A stretch of 64,000 nt of DNA from an uncultured Opitutia bacterium. GTDB lineage: Bacteria; Verrucomicrobiota; Verrucomicrobiia; Opitutales; UBA953. Both the position numbers and the translations under genes were made by a program. The notes under the pieces were generated by a model. That model saw only the letters and a list, made by a program, of their open reading frames with translations, made no database searches and was not told the DNA's origin. The stretch's first letter is position 1, and each line of letters starts with the position of its first letter. Shown here piece after piece: positions 37,306 to 46,655 of the stretch. The DNA lies in contig CAILOT010000064.1 of assembly GCA_903835965.1 (NCBI GenBank), positions 1,252 through 65,251 of the forward strand, given 5' to 3'.

Positions 37306-37502
37306 CGCCGACGGCCCAAAAGCCGCCAAAGGACGAAAAGTAGGACTAAGGTGAAGCCCAGGTCGCCGACCACAATCGGCCAAACTGGCGGCAGTCGCTT
37401 AGACCAGGCGGCAAAAACAAACAGCCCGGCCTGGACTATCACCGCCGCCGCCAGCCACGGCAAAAGCCGGCGGAGCTTTACCAGCGGGTCAGGCTTATCC
37501 AT
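37302..37502 (-). CDS. small hypothetical membrane protein (two TM segments)
   Basis: MDKPDPLVKLRRLLPWLAAAVIVQAGLFVFAAW...VVGDLGFTLVLLFVLWRLL. The start overlaps the coaX stop. Coding status is uncertain. Confidence 0.35.
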   Translation of the reverse strand: MDKPDPLVKLRRLLPWLAAAVIVQAGLFVFAAWSKRLPPVWPIVVGDLGFTLVLLFVLWRLLGRRR

Positions 37503-38253
37503 GGGCGAAATGCCTGCGATGGGCCTCAGCCAAACCAATCAAAGTCAGGTGAGGCTCATGCTGGACCCGAGTTTGCCAGGCGGCGGGTAGGTAAATCGCC
37601 GCGCCCCCCGTGACGATGACGCTGGGGGCGGGCGAGCCCCCCCGGACAAGTTCGGCACATACGCCATCCAGCAAGGCGCCGATCATTCCCGCAAAGCCCA
37701 AGGCACAACCAGCCCGCATGGCATCAACCGTAGATTTGCCGATAGCAGGGCCGCCCAGCAGTGTGGACGGGTCCAGCTCGGGCAGCAGGGCCGTACGCTC
37801 GTGTAAGTATTTCGTCATGACCCCAAGCCCTGGGGCGATGATTCCGCCGGCGTAACCCTTATCGGTGAGGATATCCACCGTCGTAGCGGTGCCCATCCCG
37901 ATGATGACGGCGGGCGTTCTGGAAACAAGCTGCGCACCAACGCAATCGGCTAAGCGATCTTGGCCGACTTCAGCTGGCCGGGGATAGTCAAACCCCAGCC
38001 CCTTGAGGGTGGCGTGGTTCAATTGATAAAAAGGTACGCCGCTGGATTCTAAAATCGGTAGCGCTATCCGGGTCGCGTTGGGCACCACGCTCGCCAAGGC
38101 GATACCGCTCACCGGGAACGCGGCCAGCCATTTCCGGACTTGGTCCGCATCCAACGAAGCCGTGCCGAGCTCGCCCTGCGCGAGGACTTCACGCCCACGG
38201 AGAACGCCCCAATGGGTATGCGTATTTCCGATATCTAGGCAAAGAATGGGCAC
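37495..38253 (-). CDS. coaX: type III pantothenate kinase
   Basis: 252 aa. MPILCLDIGNTHTHWGV and GMGTATTVD motifs. Confidence 0.9.
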   Translation of the reverse strand: MPILCLDIGNTHTHWGVLRGREVLAQGELGTASLDADQVRKWLAAFPVSGIALASVVPNATRIALPILESSGVPFYQLNHATLKGLGFDYPRPAEVGQDRLADCVGAQLVSRTPAVIIGMGTATTVDILTDKGYAGGIIAPGLGVMTKYLHERTALLPELDPSTLLGGPAIGKSTVDAMRAGCALGFAGMIGALLDGVCAELVRGGSPAPSVIVTGGAAIYLPAAWQTRVQHEPHLTLIGLAEAHRRHFAHG

Positions 38254-38298
38254 GATGGGAGAATTAGCGAGGGGAGCGCCGAGGGCAAGGTTGCTCCT

Positions 38299-39288
38299 TT
38301 ATGGCTTACGTAAGGTGACTTCGCCCGATGAGACAATCGTCCGTCGCTTGCCGCCCGTCCGCAGAATTAAGGATCCATCGGCATCGATTGAATCGACAAT
38401 ACCGGCAATCGGCTCGCCGCGCAAAGTAACCCGCACTGACTTGCCGGTCAAAATATCATGGGCCTGCCAGCGAGCGCGGAAGGTTCGGCTCCAAGAGCCT
38501 TCTTCAAAATCTTTCCATGCCTGTAAGAGCGCGGCGATCACCGCAGCGGCCTCCCGATTGACATCCAAGGTCTTGCCCAGGGCCCATTCGATCGAGCCGG
38601 CCGTCGTACGGATCTCGGCGGGGAAATCCTTAGGTGCGCCCGTGAGATTAAGTCCCAAGCCAAAAACCAGTTCGCGAACCGAGTCCGCATCCAGCCGCGC
38701 TTCGGTGAGCATACCCGCGACCTTCCGGCCGTCGGGTAATTGCAAATCATTAGGCCACTTCAAACCCAGACGTAAACCCAAGCGCTCCTCGATGTGAGCG
38801 CAGAGCGCCAGGCCCATCCAAAGCGTGAACGGCTTCAACCGGTCGGGCGGAATAAAAGGGCGAAAAGCGAGAGAGAGATAAAGGTTACCCGGCTGCGTGC
38901 TATGCCAGCGTCGCCCGAGACGTCCGCGTCCGGCGCTTTGGGCGCAGGCAAGCACGCCGAACGGTGCGTCTTGGCCGGCGGCAAGGCGTCGCTCCGCTTC
39001 CGAATTCGTGCTGTCCACCGTCGGCAATAATTCTACCTCGGGCCGGACTTTCAAAAGCCGGAGATGGGCGTCAAGCAAAGCGCTATTCAAAGCACGCGGA
39101 ACTTCCGTCAGACGATAACCTTTGCGCGTCGATGCCTCGAAAGAAAATCCGACGCTGCGCAAACGCTCGAGCCGGCTCCAGATGGCGACGCGCGACATGC
39201 CTAATTCTTTCGCCAGCTTATCGCCGCTGACCGGCGCCTCGCCCGCCTTGAGAAAGGCCAAAAGAATACTGCTATCGAGGGAGGACAT
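38299..39288 (-). CDS. birA: bifunctional biotin-[acetyl-CoA-carboxylase] ligase / biotin operon repressor
   Basis: 329 aa. N-terminal wHTH (SGDKLAKELGMSRVAIWSRLERLR) and GRGRLGRRWHS biotin-binding loop. Confidence 0.9.
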   Translation of the reverse strand: MSSLDSSILLAFLKAGEAPVSGDKLAKELGMSRVAIWSRLERLRSVGFSFEASTRKGYRLTEVPRALNSALLDAHLRLLKVRPEVELLPTVDSTNSEAERRLAAGQDAPFGVLACAQSAGRGRLGRRWHSTQPGNLYLSLAFRPFIPPDRLKPFTLWMGLALCAHIEERLGLRLGLKWPNDLQLPDGRKVAGMLTEARLDADSVRELVFGLGLNLTGAPKDFPAEIRTTAGSIEWALGKTLDVNREAAAVIAALLQAWKDFEEGSWSRTFRARWQAHDILTGKSVRVTLRGEPIAGIVDSIDADGSLILRTGGKRRTIVSSGEVTLRKP

Positions 39289-39292
39289 GGCG

Positions 39293-40219
39293 TTAGTCCC
39301 AGTCTAGGCCGAGATCAACCCAAGGCGCAGCGTGCGTGAGGGCGCCACACGATACAAAGTCTGGGGCGATTTCGCCGATTGACGGAAGAGTCGCGAGGTT
39401 CACGCCTCCGCTCACTTCGCACCAGGCCTTACCCCGGATCATCGCCACGGCTTCGCGCATGGGAGCGAGGGAAAAATTATCGAGCAGGATGATGTCAGCT
39501 CCCGCCTCCAAGGCGGGCGGGATCTGGTCGAGGCGATCGACTTCTACTTCGACCAAAAGATCCGGCCGGGCTTCCCGCGCGCGCCGTACAAGTGCGGTAA
39601 TGCGGGCCGATGATGATGCATCTCCAGCGGCCAGGTGATTGTCTTTGATCATGATCCGATCGAATAAGCCGAGGCGGTGATTATAACCGCCGCCTTGGCC
39701 TACCGCATATTTTTCTAACATCCGAAACCCCGGCGTCGTCTTGCGCGTATCCAGCAGGCGCGTTGCAGAGGAGCCCAGCGCTCTAACATGCTCCTGTGTA
39801 GTCGTCGCGACCCCGCTCAGTCGTTGCAGGAAGTTCAGCAGGATGCGTTCGGCAGAAAGTAAATTAGCCGCGGACCCTTCGACTTCAGCGACTACCGTGC
39901 CAGCCGTCACCACGGAACCTTCGCCGACCAGCGCACGGCCTGTGCACTCGGCGCCATAAGCCTGGAAAACGAGCGGGACCATGCCTAGCCCTGCGATGAC
40001 CATCGGACGTCTGGCTACGATGCGCGCCCGCGCCCGGCCCGGCGCAGGTAAGAGCGAAGCCGAGGGATCTCCAGCCCGCAACGGCCGTTGTCGTAAACCG
40101 GCTCCGGCTAAATCTTCATCTCGGGCTAATCCTGCGAAAGCAATCAACCAGGCGGTATCCAATTCGTCCCAGCGAAGACGGCGGATAAGTCGATCGGTTT
40201 GGCCCGGGTCGCGAGGCAT
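39293..40219 (-). CDS. nadC: nicotinate-nucleotide diphosphorylase (carboxylating)
   Basis: 308 aa. LDTRKTTPGFRMLEKYAV, IMIKDNH, ILLDNF and EVSGG blocks of QPRTase. Confidence 0.9.
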   Translation of the reverse strand: MPRDPGQTDRLIRRLRWDELDTAWLIAFAGLARDEDLAGAGLRQRPLRAGDPSASLLPAPGRARARIVARRPMVIAGLGMVPLVFQAYGAECTGRALVGEGSVVTAGTVVAEVEGSAANLLSAERILLNFLQRLSGVATTTQEHVRALGSSATRLLDTRKTTPGFRMLEKYAVGQGGGYNHRLGLFDRIMIKDNHLAAGDASSSARITALVRRAREARPDLLVEVEVDRLDQIPPALEAGADIILLDNFSLAPMREAVAMIRGKAWCEVSGGVNLATLPSIGEIAPDFVSCGALTHAAPWVDLGLDWD

Positions 40220-40258
40220 GAGGCTGAGACTACAAAGCAGGCTCTTGCGAGCAAGGGA

Positions 40259-41401
40259 CTAAGAAGGGAAGAAGCGTTTAAACTTATTCCGCCAAGATTC
40301 CGAAACGGGCGCTGCCTCATCTCCGCAGGCCGTCTGGTAAGCTTTCAGCGCCTCTTTCTGTGCGTCGGTCATCTTCTTAGGGACGTCGATATCGACGCGC
40401 ACCAGCAGATCGCCGTGGCTGCTCCCACGAAGACTTGGCATCCCCTCTCCGCGTAAGCGGAAGACGGTCCCACCCTGCGTACCCGCAGGCACCTTGAGTA
40501 GCGTCTTACCCTTAAGCTTAGGAACGTTGATCTGACCACCCAGGGCGGCTACGGAGAATTTGACCGGGATGGTGCAGGCGAGGTCATTGCCATCTCGCTC
40601 AAAAAGTTCGTGATCTAAGATCATCGTGACGACGTAGAGATCTCCCGAGGCGGCGCCCCGGCGCCCTGCCGAACCATTGTTACTGGAACGCAGCTTGGTG
40701 CCGCTGTCTACGCCCGGGGGAATGCGGACGTTGACCGAAGTCTCGGCGATGATCCGCCCTTCACCCGAACAGGGCCGACATGGCTTGTCGATACTCACGC
40801 CTTGCCCATGACAAGTCGGACAGGTCTGCCGCATGGAGAAAAATCCTTGCGAACGGATGACTTGGCCATGGCCACCACAGGTCACGCATCGGCTCTTCTT
40901 CGCTCCAGGCTCGGCTCCGGATCCGGAGCATTTCGCGCAGGCCACGTGCTTACGGTAAGGAATCTTCTTTTCGACACCCTCTGCCGCTTCCTCGAGGGTG
41001 ATTTTGATGTCCACCCGTAAATCCTCGCCGGCGTTCTCGTCACCTTCGCCGCTCGGACTGCCGCCGTTGAACATATCGGAAAAACTTCCGCCACCGCCAC
41101 CGAACATTTGGTTGAAGATATCCATCGGGTCCGCCCCGCGCTGGAAACCACGTCCGCCACCCGGGCCGGGGCCGCCTTGCTCGAAGGCCGCTTCGCCGTG
41201 TTGATCGTAAAGTTTACGCTTCTGCTCGTCGCTCAGGACTTCGTAGGCCCGCGAGGCTTTCTTGAATTTCTCTTCGGCCTCCTTGTTGCCCGGATTGCGA
41301 TCGGGGTGAAGCTCCATCGCCTTTTTACGATAAGCTTTCTTGATCTCATCGGCAGCCGCCGATTTGGCGACTCCCAGGATGCCGTAATAGTCCTCAGCCA
41401 T
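40259..41401 (-). CDS. dnaJ: molecular chaperone DnaJ
   Basis: J domain DYYGILGV...HPDRNP, a G/F region, and four CxxCxGxG motifs ([32 protein letters not shown]). Start taken at MAEDYYG. The ORF track extends to 41452. Confidence 0.95.
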   Translation of the reverse strand: MAEDYYGILGVAKSAAADEIKKAYRKKAMELHPDRNPGNKEAEEKFKKASRAYEVLSDEQKRKLYDQHGEAAFEQGGPGPGGGRGFQRGADPMDIFNQMFGGGGGSFSDMFNGGSPSGEGDENAGEDLRVDIKITLEEAAEGVEKKIPYRKHVACAKCSGSGAEPGAKKSRCVTCGGHGQVIRSQGFFSMRQTCPTCHGQGVSIDKPCRPCSGEGRIIAETSVNVRIPPGVDSGTKLRSSNNGSAGRRGAASGDLYVVTMILDHELFERDGNDLACTIPVKFSVAALGGQINVPKLKGKTLLKVPAGTQGGTVFRLRGEGMPSLRGSSHGDLLVRVDIDVPKKMTDAQKEALKAYQTACGDEAAPVSESWRNKFKRFFPS

Positions 41402-41411
41402 GATAAAAATC

Positions 41412-41915
41412 TTATTTGGTAAAGCCCGTCGAGACGAAGACCGCAGCGGCACGGATGACGCGGTCGTTCAGAAGCCAGCCGACGCGCGCCACGCGCGAGA
41501 CCGAGCCTTCCGGAATGGTAAGATGCGATTCTTGTCCGACCGATTCATGCCGACCGGGATCAAAGGCCTGCCCTAATGGATTAATTTCGGCCAAACCCTG
41601 CGCCGCCATCACGGAACGTAATTGATTGATCGCCATCCGGAAGCCTTCGACCACGGCCTGCCCTTCGGCCTTGCCGGTGGCGGCTTCGAGGCCGAGCGCC
41701 AAGGCATCGAGCGACGGCAGCAATTCTTCGACCAGATTGGCCGTCGCGAATTTTCGAAGCTCTTCGCGGTCGCGCTGGTGGCGACGCTGTTGGTTCTGTT
41801 GGTCGGCCTGGCTGCGCAAGAGCGTGTCCTTCAGGCGCGCCACTTCGCCCTCGAGCTCGGCGATTCGCGTCGCCGATTCGGCAGCCGCGCCTTCGTTGGA
41901 AGTTGATTCAGTCAT
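41412..41915 (-). CDS. grpE: nucleotide exchange factor GrpE
   Basis: 167 aa. Coiled-coil N-terminus. [10 protein letters not shown]...[12 protein letters not shown]...[16 protein letters not shown]. Confidence 0.9.
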   Translation of the reverse strand: MTESTSNEGAAAESATRIAELEGEVARLKDTLLRSQADQQNQQRRHQRDREELRKFATANLVEELLPSLDALALGLEAATGKAEGQAVVEGFRMAINQLRSVMAAQGLAEINPLGQAFDPGRHESVGQESHLTIPEGSVSRVARVGWLLNDRVIRAAAVFVSTGFTK

Positions 41916-41921
41916 GGGAAA

Positions 41922-42740
41922 TTATTTTGATTGGAGAAGTTTTTCGGTGACCGATTTACGCAACCGCTCACGCGCCAGATCCATGATGAGATCCATGCCG
42001 TCGGTGGTTGCCTTTTGCAAAGCCAAGCGGCCGAGCGGCTGGGAGACCTTGTCGTTAAAGTTTTTTTCCGTGATATCCGTGGCCTCGAAGACGAAGTTGA
42101 AATCACGGTCTACGACCACCCGGCGTTCCGCGGTGCCATCGCCAGAGATAACGGCGATGTGACCGACGCGCACCCGCAGGTGTTCAACATGGAAAGGACG
42201 CTTGGTGGCAGGCGGCGCATCCGCGGTTACGGACGGAACTTTGGTGTCAGAACTTTTTAACCCTTTCAGGATGTCTTTCGTATTGTTGTCGTTCAGGTAA
42301 TCGACTTTGCCGACGATGACGACCCTCTCGATATCCATTTCGGCATTCTTCACTTCGATGTTTCCTTTCAGAAAGAACTCCCAGGCGTCGACTTCGAGGA
42401 CGAGGTGTTTGACCTTAAGAAATTCCCGCTCCTGCCAGCGGCTGGGATTACTGATTGCCAAACCTGCGAACTCGACCCGGCCGGCGTAGAGGTTGGTCTC
42501 GTTGGCTTCGACGGAAAGATGAGCGCCCGATTTGGACGATATCGCCGTATCCAAGAAGGCAGGCGCGAACCGACCCAGCGCCCAAACACCGATCAGGGCA
42601 ATCATGACTAAAAACAGGGCGATTCCAGCCATGACCGACAAAAGCTTGCGCAAGGCACTTCCCGATCGAAGGGCTGGAAGAGGAAGATTCATGGTAATAC
42701 GACAATTTTGAGCAATAGCCGTGCCATTCGGGACGGTCAA
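41922..42740 (-). CDS. hypothetical membrane-anchored protein (AsmA/DUF748-like flavour)
   Basis: 272 aa. N-terminal TM segment (LLSVMAGIALFLVMIALIGVWAL) followed by a beta-rich region. No firm motif. Confidence 0.45.
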   Translation of the reverse strand: MTVPNGTAIAQNCRITMNLPLPALRSGSALRKLLSVMAGIALFLVMIALIGVWALGRFAPAFLDTAISSKSGAHLSVEANETNLYAGRVEFAGLAISNPSRWQEREFLKVKHLVLEVDAWEFFLKGNIEVKNAEMDIERVVIVGKVDYLNDNNTKDILKGLKSSDTKVPSVTADAPPATKRPFHVEHLRVRVGHIAVISGDGTAERRVVVDRDFNFVFEATDITEKNFNDKVSQPLGRLALQKATTDGMDLIMDLARERLRKSVTEKLLQSK

Positions 42741-42794
42741 CGGCAGAGGCTAAATTTGACCTTTATTGGGATTTTTTGCTAATTCTGGCCAATG

Positions 42795-42823
42795 AAAAAC
42801 CCGCCAAGCTTTCGCCGGCGGGT
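42795..42823 (-). terminator. rho-independent terminator downstream of the lipoprotein gene
   Basis: On the minus strand: ACCCGCCggcgaaagcttGGCGGGTttttt. Confidence 0.5.
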
Positions 42824-42866
42824 CCTTCTGTCTCGGGCGTGTCTCACGCCCGAAGTCGTTGACTGA

Positions 42867-43265
42867 TTACTTAGCTGGCTCAGCCGCAGGAGCGGCAGGC
42901 GCCGTTGAGGCCAGCGCAGCCGTGCAACCTACCACTTCGCCGGCCGTAAACCTAAGGGCGTTCTGCTGATTAGGAACGATGCCGACGACGATTTGCTGAT
43001 CGTCCGTTTTGATCACTTCAACCTCAAGGGATTTGCCTTCTTTCTCTAGGCGTAAATGGGTTTTTACTTCTGGTTTTTCGGTACGGGCAAAGGCGATGAG
43101 CCCTAAGTCCTCTCGCACCGAGATGATACGAGCCTTGGAAGCGTCTTCAACGGCGGCAACCGGAGCGCCCTCTTTCTCCCACGAGAAGCGAGGACCATTG
43201 GCCTTATTGTGAGCGCAACCAACAAATAGGGTGACGAGAGCGAGGAGAGGGAGTGATTTCCGCAT
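42867..43265 (-). CDS. hypothetical lipoprotein
   Basis: 132 aa. Lipobox LVTLFVGC, then a beta-rich domain and an Ala/Pro tail. Confidence 0.6.
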   Translation of the reverse strand: MRKSLPLLALVTLFVGCAHNKANGPRFSWEKEGAPVAAVEDASKARIISVREDLGLIAFARTEKPEVKTHLRLEKEGKSLEVEVIKTDDQQIVVGIVPNQQNALRFTAGEVVGCTAALASTAPAAPAAEPAK

Positions 43266-43358
43266 AACTTTGTGAGGAAAAGGCTCTTTTCTGGCTGTGC
43301 CCTAGTCAACCCCTTAATGCTTGCGACGGGGCGGATGGTGGGCTTCCTCGATAGTCTA

Positions 43359-44243
43359 ATGAGTCAGGAAATCGCTAAATTAATGTTGGGCCTCCCCAAG
43401 GGAAGCCTCGAGGAGGCAACCCTTCAGCTGTTTGCCCGAGCGGGGTTCCCGGTCGTCAAGAGCAGCCGCTCTTATCGCCCCTCCTTCGACGACCCCGCCC
43501 TGGATGGACGCTTCATTCGTGCCCAAGAGGTTGCCCGCTATGTTGAACATGGTTTCTTTGACTGCGGTCTGACCGGTCAGGATTGGGTCCAAGAAAACTC
43601 GGCCGACGTCGTCCAAGTCTGCGAATTGATCTACAGCCGAGCTTCCGCGCAGAAATCACGGTGGGTGCTTTGCGTACCTGAAGCCTCTCCAGTCAAAACC
43701 GCCAAAGACCTCGCGGGCAAACGCGTGGCCACCGAGCTAGTCGAGACGACCCGTCGCTGGTTCCAAAAACAGGGCGTGGAATGTGAAGTGGAGTTCTCGT
43801 GGGGCGCCACTGAAGTCAAAGTCCCCGAATTGGCCGACGCGATCGTCGACATCACGGAGACCGGCTCATCGATCAAAGCCAACAAGCTGCGCATCGTCGA
43901 TACGCTGCTCGAAACCACTACGGTCCTGATTGCCAATAAGACCGCCTGGGCCAACCCGACCAAGCGCGCTAAAATCGAGCAGATCGTGCTCATGCTCCAA
44001 GGCGCCCTCGCTGCTCAACACATGGTAGGATTAAAATTTAATCTCCCACGACAGGCTTTGGATAAAGTTTCTGCCGCCTTGCCCGCTTTACGTAACCCGA
44101 CGATCTCCCCTCTGAGCAATCCGGATTGGGTGGCGGTCGAAACGATTATCGATGCGCGCCAAGCCCGCGAATTCATTCCCACCCTGAAAGCTTCGGGCGC
44201 GGAAGGAATCGTCGAATACCCGATCAATAAGCTCGTTTACTAA
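43359..44243 (+). CDS. hisG: ATP phosphoribosyltransferase (long form)
   Basis: Start at MSQEIAKLMLGLPKGSLEE. RSYRP, RAQEVARYVEHGFFDCGLTGQDW, DITETGSSIKANKL, and a C-terminal regulatory domain. Confidence 0.9.
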   Translation: MSQEIAKLMLGLPKGSLEEATLQLFARAGFPVVKSSRSYRPSFDDPALDGRFIRAQEVARYVEHGFFDCGLTGQDWVQENSADVVQVCELIYSRASAQKSRWVLCVPEASPVKTAKDLAGKRVATELVETTRRWFQKQGVECEVEFSWGATEVKVPELADAIVDITETGSSIKANKLRIVDTLLETTTVLIANKTAWANPTKRAKIEQIVLMLQGALAAQHMVGLKFNLPRQALDKVSAALPALRNPTISPLSNPDWVAVETIIDARQAREFIPTLKASGAEGIVEYPINKLVY

Positions 44244-44248
44244 GCCCG

Positions 44249-45124
44249 ATGTCCCTGCCCGACGCCGTCCGCCTCGGACTCATCCAACTGACCGCCGAAG
44301 ATACGCCAGCGGCGAACGTCCGGAAGACCATCCCGCGAATCGAAGAAGCGGCCGCGAAGGGCGCGAAAATCATCGGTTTGCAGGAAATGTTCACGACGAA
44401 ATATTTCTGCGTCACCCAAGACCCCAAGAATTTCGACCTCGCCGAACCTATCGAAACCGGACCGTCGGTCACTGAACTGGCCAAAGTGGCGAAGCGTCTC
44501 GGCGTCGTCATCGTCGCCCCACTCTTCGAAGCACGAGGTAGCGAGGTCTATCATAATACCGCCGCCGTCATCGACGCCGACGGCTCGGTCCTCGGAAAAT
44601 ATCGTAAGATGCACATCCCGCAGGATCCGGGTTTTGAAGAGAAGTTTTATTTTACGCCGGGCGATCTCGGCTTCCGCACCTGGAAGACCGCGCACGGCAA
44701 TATCGGAGTCCTGATCTGCTGGGACCAATGGTACCCGGAAGCCGCGCGCCTGACCGCTCTGGGCGGAGCACAGATTCTTTTTTATCCAACAGCCATCGGC
44801 TGGTTGCCTGAAGAAAAAGCCTCGCTCGGCCAAGCCCAGCATAACGCGTGGGAAACCGTCCAACGCGGGCACGGCGTCGCCAATGGCTGCTATATCGCCG
44901 CGACCAATCGCGTCGGCATCGAAGGGCGCACTCAATTCTGGGGACAAAGTTTCGTCTCGGATCCTTATGGCGAAATCGTCGCCCGGGCTTCGGTTGAAAA
45001 AGAAGAAGTCCTCTTGGCGGATTGCGATCTCGCGCGCCAACGTGAATTTCGCCGGATCTGGCCCTTCTTCCGTGATCGGAGGATTGACGCTTATGGTGAT
45101 CTGACCCGCCGTCTCCGCGACTGA
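44249..45124 (+). CDS. aguB: N-carbamoylputrescine amidase
   Basis: 291 aa. Nitrilase-superfamily Glu-Lys-Cys triad in context (GLQEMF, YRKMHIP, VLICWDQWYPE). Adjacent to aguA. Confidence 0.9.
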   Translation: MSLPDAVRLGLIQLTAEDTPAANVRKTIPRIEEAAAKGAKIIGLQEMFTTKYFCVTQDPKNFDLAEPIETGPSVTELAKVAKRLGVVIVAPLFEARGSEVYHNTAAVIDADGSVLGKYRKMHIPQDPGFEEKFYFTPGDLGFRTWKTAHGNIGVLICWDQWYPEAARLTALGGAQILFYPTAIGWLPEEKASLGQAQHNAWETVQRGHGVANGCYIAATNRVGIEGRTQFWGQSFVSDPYGEIVARASVEKEEVLLADCDLARQREFRRIWPFFRDRRIDAYGDLTRRLRD

Positions 45125-45130
45125 TCGACC

Positions 45131-46159
45131 ATGGCCTCGCCCCGCGATCTCGGCTTCCGCATGCCAGCGGAATGGGAACCTCAATCAGCCACGTGGCTCT
45201 CTTGGCCGTCCAATACCAAGCTCTGGCCGGGGCATTACGATCTGATCCCCGCCAAGTTCGCCGAGTTCGCCGCCGCGATCAGCCGCTTCCAACCCGTGCG
45301 GATCAATGCCGCCGGGAAATTACGCGCCGAAGCCGAACGAGAACTCAAGGCCGCTAAGGCCGATCTTTCCGTCATCGAGCTCGTCGATATCGCGACCGAT
45401 GATGTGTGGTGCCGAGATCACGGGCCGATTTTTATCAAACATCGCCAGACCGGAGAAATCGCGCTGACCGATTGGGAGTTTCACGGCTGGGGCGGTAAAT
45501 TCGAAGCCTCGCTCGACAATCAAGTTCCCGGGAAAATCGCCCAACATCTCGGGATGAAAAAATTCTCCTTCCCGTTTGAACTCGAAGGCGGCGGGATTGA
45601 AGTCTCCGGCGACGGGTTACTGCTCACCACCGAGGCCGTGCAGAATAATCCTAACCGCGCCGACGGGCGGGATGATGCGGCGTTTCACACCGCCATCCGC
45701 GAAGGCCTCGCGATCGACGAACTTCTCTGGATCGGCGAAGGGTTGGCGAACGACGACACCGATGGTCATATCGACAACCTCGCTCGCTTCGTTGCTTCGC
45801 GGACGCTGATTGCCGTCACCGAGAACGATCAATCCTCCCCCAACTTCCGCCCTCTGCAGGAAAACCTCCGTCGCTTACGAGAAATGCGAGTCAACAGCGG
45901 ACAGAAACTGGACGTCATCGAGTTGCCCCTGCCTCGCTCGATACGATTGGCGGGCCGGGAGCTTCCTCCAAGCTACGCCAACTTCCTCATCGTCAACGAC
46001 GGCGTCCTTGTCCCGGTCTACGGCCAAGACTCGGATGACAAAGCCTTGGGTATCATCGGCGATTGTTTCCCGGGACGCAAAGTGGTGGGGCTTGATTGCC
46101 GCCTGTTACTGATCGAGGGTGGCGCCCTGCATTGCCTTAGCCAGCAACAGCCCGCGTAA
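45131..46159 (+). CDS. aguA: agmatine deiminase
   Basis: 342 aa. MPAEWEPQSATWLSWP, WCRDHGPIF, DGHIDNLARF and GGALHCLSQQQP (catalytic Cys). Confidence 0.9.
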   Translation: MASPRDLGFRMPAEWEPQSATWLSWPSNTKLWPGHYDLIPAKFAEFAAAISRFQPVRINAAGKLRAEAERELKAAKADLSVIELVDIATDDVWCRDHGPIFIKHRQTGEIALTDWEFHGWGGKFEASLDNQVPGKIAQHLGMKKFSFPFELEGGGIEVSGDGLLLTTEAVQNNPNRADGRDDAAFHTAIREGLAIDELLWIGEGLANDDTDGHIDNLARFVASRTLIAVTENDQSSPNFRPLQENLRRLREMRVNSGQKLDVIELPLPRSIRLAGRELPPSYANFLIVNDGVLVPVYGQDSDDKALGIIGDCFPGRKVVGLDCRLLLIEGGALHCLSQQQPA

Positions 46160-46170
46160 GCGCGGCGTTA

Positions 46171-46494
46171 GTTGAACGGTTGAGCAGATGGCCGGTTGGC
46201 CAGAGAGAAGCAGGGCACAAAGGGAAACCGGAGATCGGATGATTGGCTGGGGAGATCTTTTCAGGTCTCGGGTCTCAGCCGTCGGGAGTCAGGTTCAGGT
46301 GTTCAGGTTCGGGCACAGGTTCAGGAGCTGAATTTTCCCCGCACCTGAACCTGAACACCCGCACCTGAGACCTGAGGGCCGAGAATACATCCCGCACCCT
46401 GCATGACTTTGGCCGAAGCTAACTTCCCAGTTCCCGGTCTCCCTTGCTCTCGTTGGGTCTTCTGGCCAACTGGCCAACCCATCAACGGGTCAAC
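46171..46494. repeat. two inverted copies (copies 2 and 3) of the dispersed repeat family, forming a ~325-nt imperfect palindrome
   Basis: Left end: GTTGAACGGTTGAGCAGATGGCCGGTTGGCCAGA. The reverse complement of the right end is GTTGACCCGTTGATGGGTTGGCCAGTTGGCCAGA. The inner arms share TCAGGTCTC and GGTGTTCAGGTTC. The centre lies near 46330. Confidence 0.6.
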
Positions 46495-46505
46495 TTACCT
46501 GCGGT

Positions 46506-46655
46506 TCACTTCTTCGGTTTTATTTTCGCCGCACAGCCGCAACCACCGCCGCAGCCACCCGCCTTGCGCCGACGCACAGAGGAGATCGTCAGCCGGACCA
46601 ACCAGCCAACGGCGACGCCGACGATGGCCGCGATGATGATGACCTCGGTATTCAT
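46506..46655 (-). CDS. FeoB-associated Cys-rich small membrane protein
   Basis: 49 aa: MNTEVIIIAAIVGVAVGWLVRLTISSVRRRKAGGCGGGCGCAAKIKPKK. It has one TM segment and a GGCGGGCGC tail. Its ATG overlaps the feoB stop (ATGA). The ORF track lists only a longer 96-aa version that overlaps feoB. Confidence 0.7.
   Translation of the reverse strand: MNTEVIIIAAIVGVAVGWLVRLTISSVRRRKAGGCGGGCGCAAKIKPKK

Noticed and set aside
44240-45184. A 314-aa minus-strand ORF covering the whole of aguB, and longer than aguB itself.
   Set aside because: The plus-strand translation has the complete nitrilase-superfamily Glu-Lys-Cys triad and N-carbamoylputrescine amidase blocks. The antisense product is Arg/Gly/Asp-rich with no motifs. 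This is the typical stop-codon-poor antisense frame of a high-GC gene.
46289-46325. A short-period repeat (caggttcaggtgttcaggttcgggcacaggttcagg) was checked as a possible CRISPR-like or tandem-repeat array.
   Set aside because: The period is only about 6 nt with no spacer-sized unique segments. The run is mirrored in the other arm of the palindrome, and there are no cas genes in the window.
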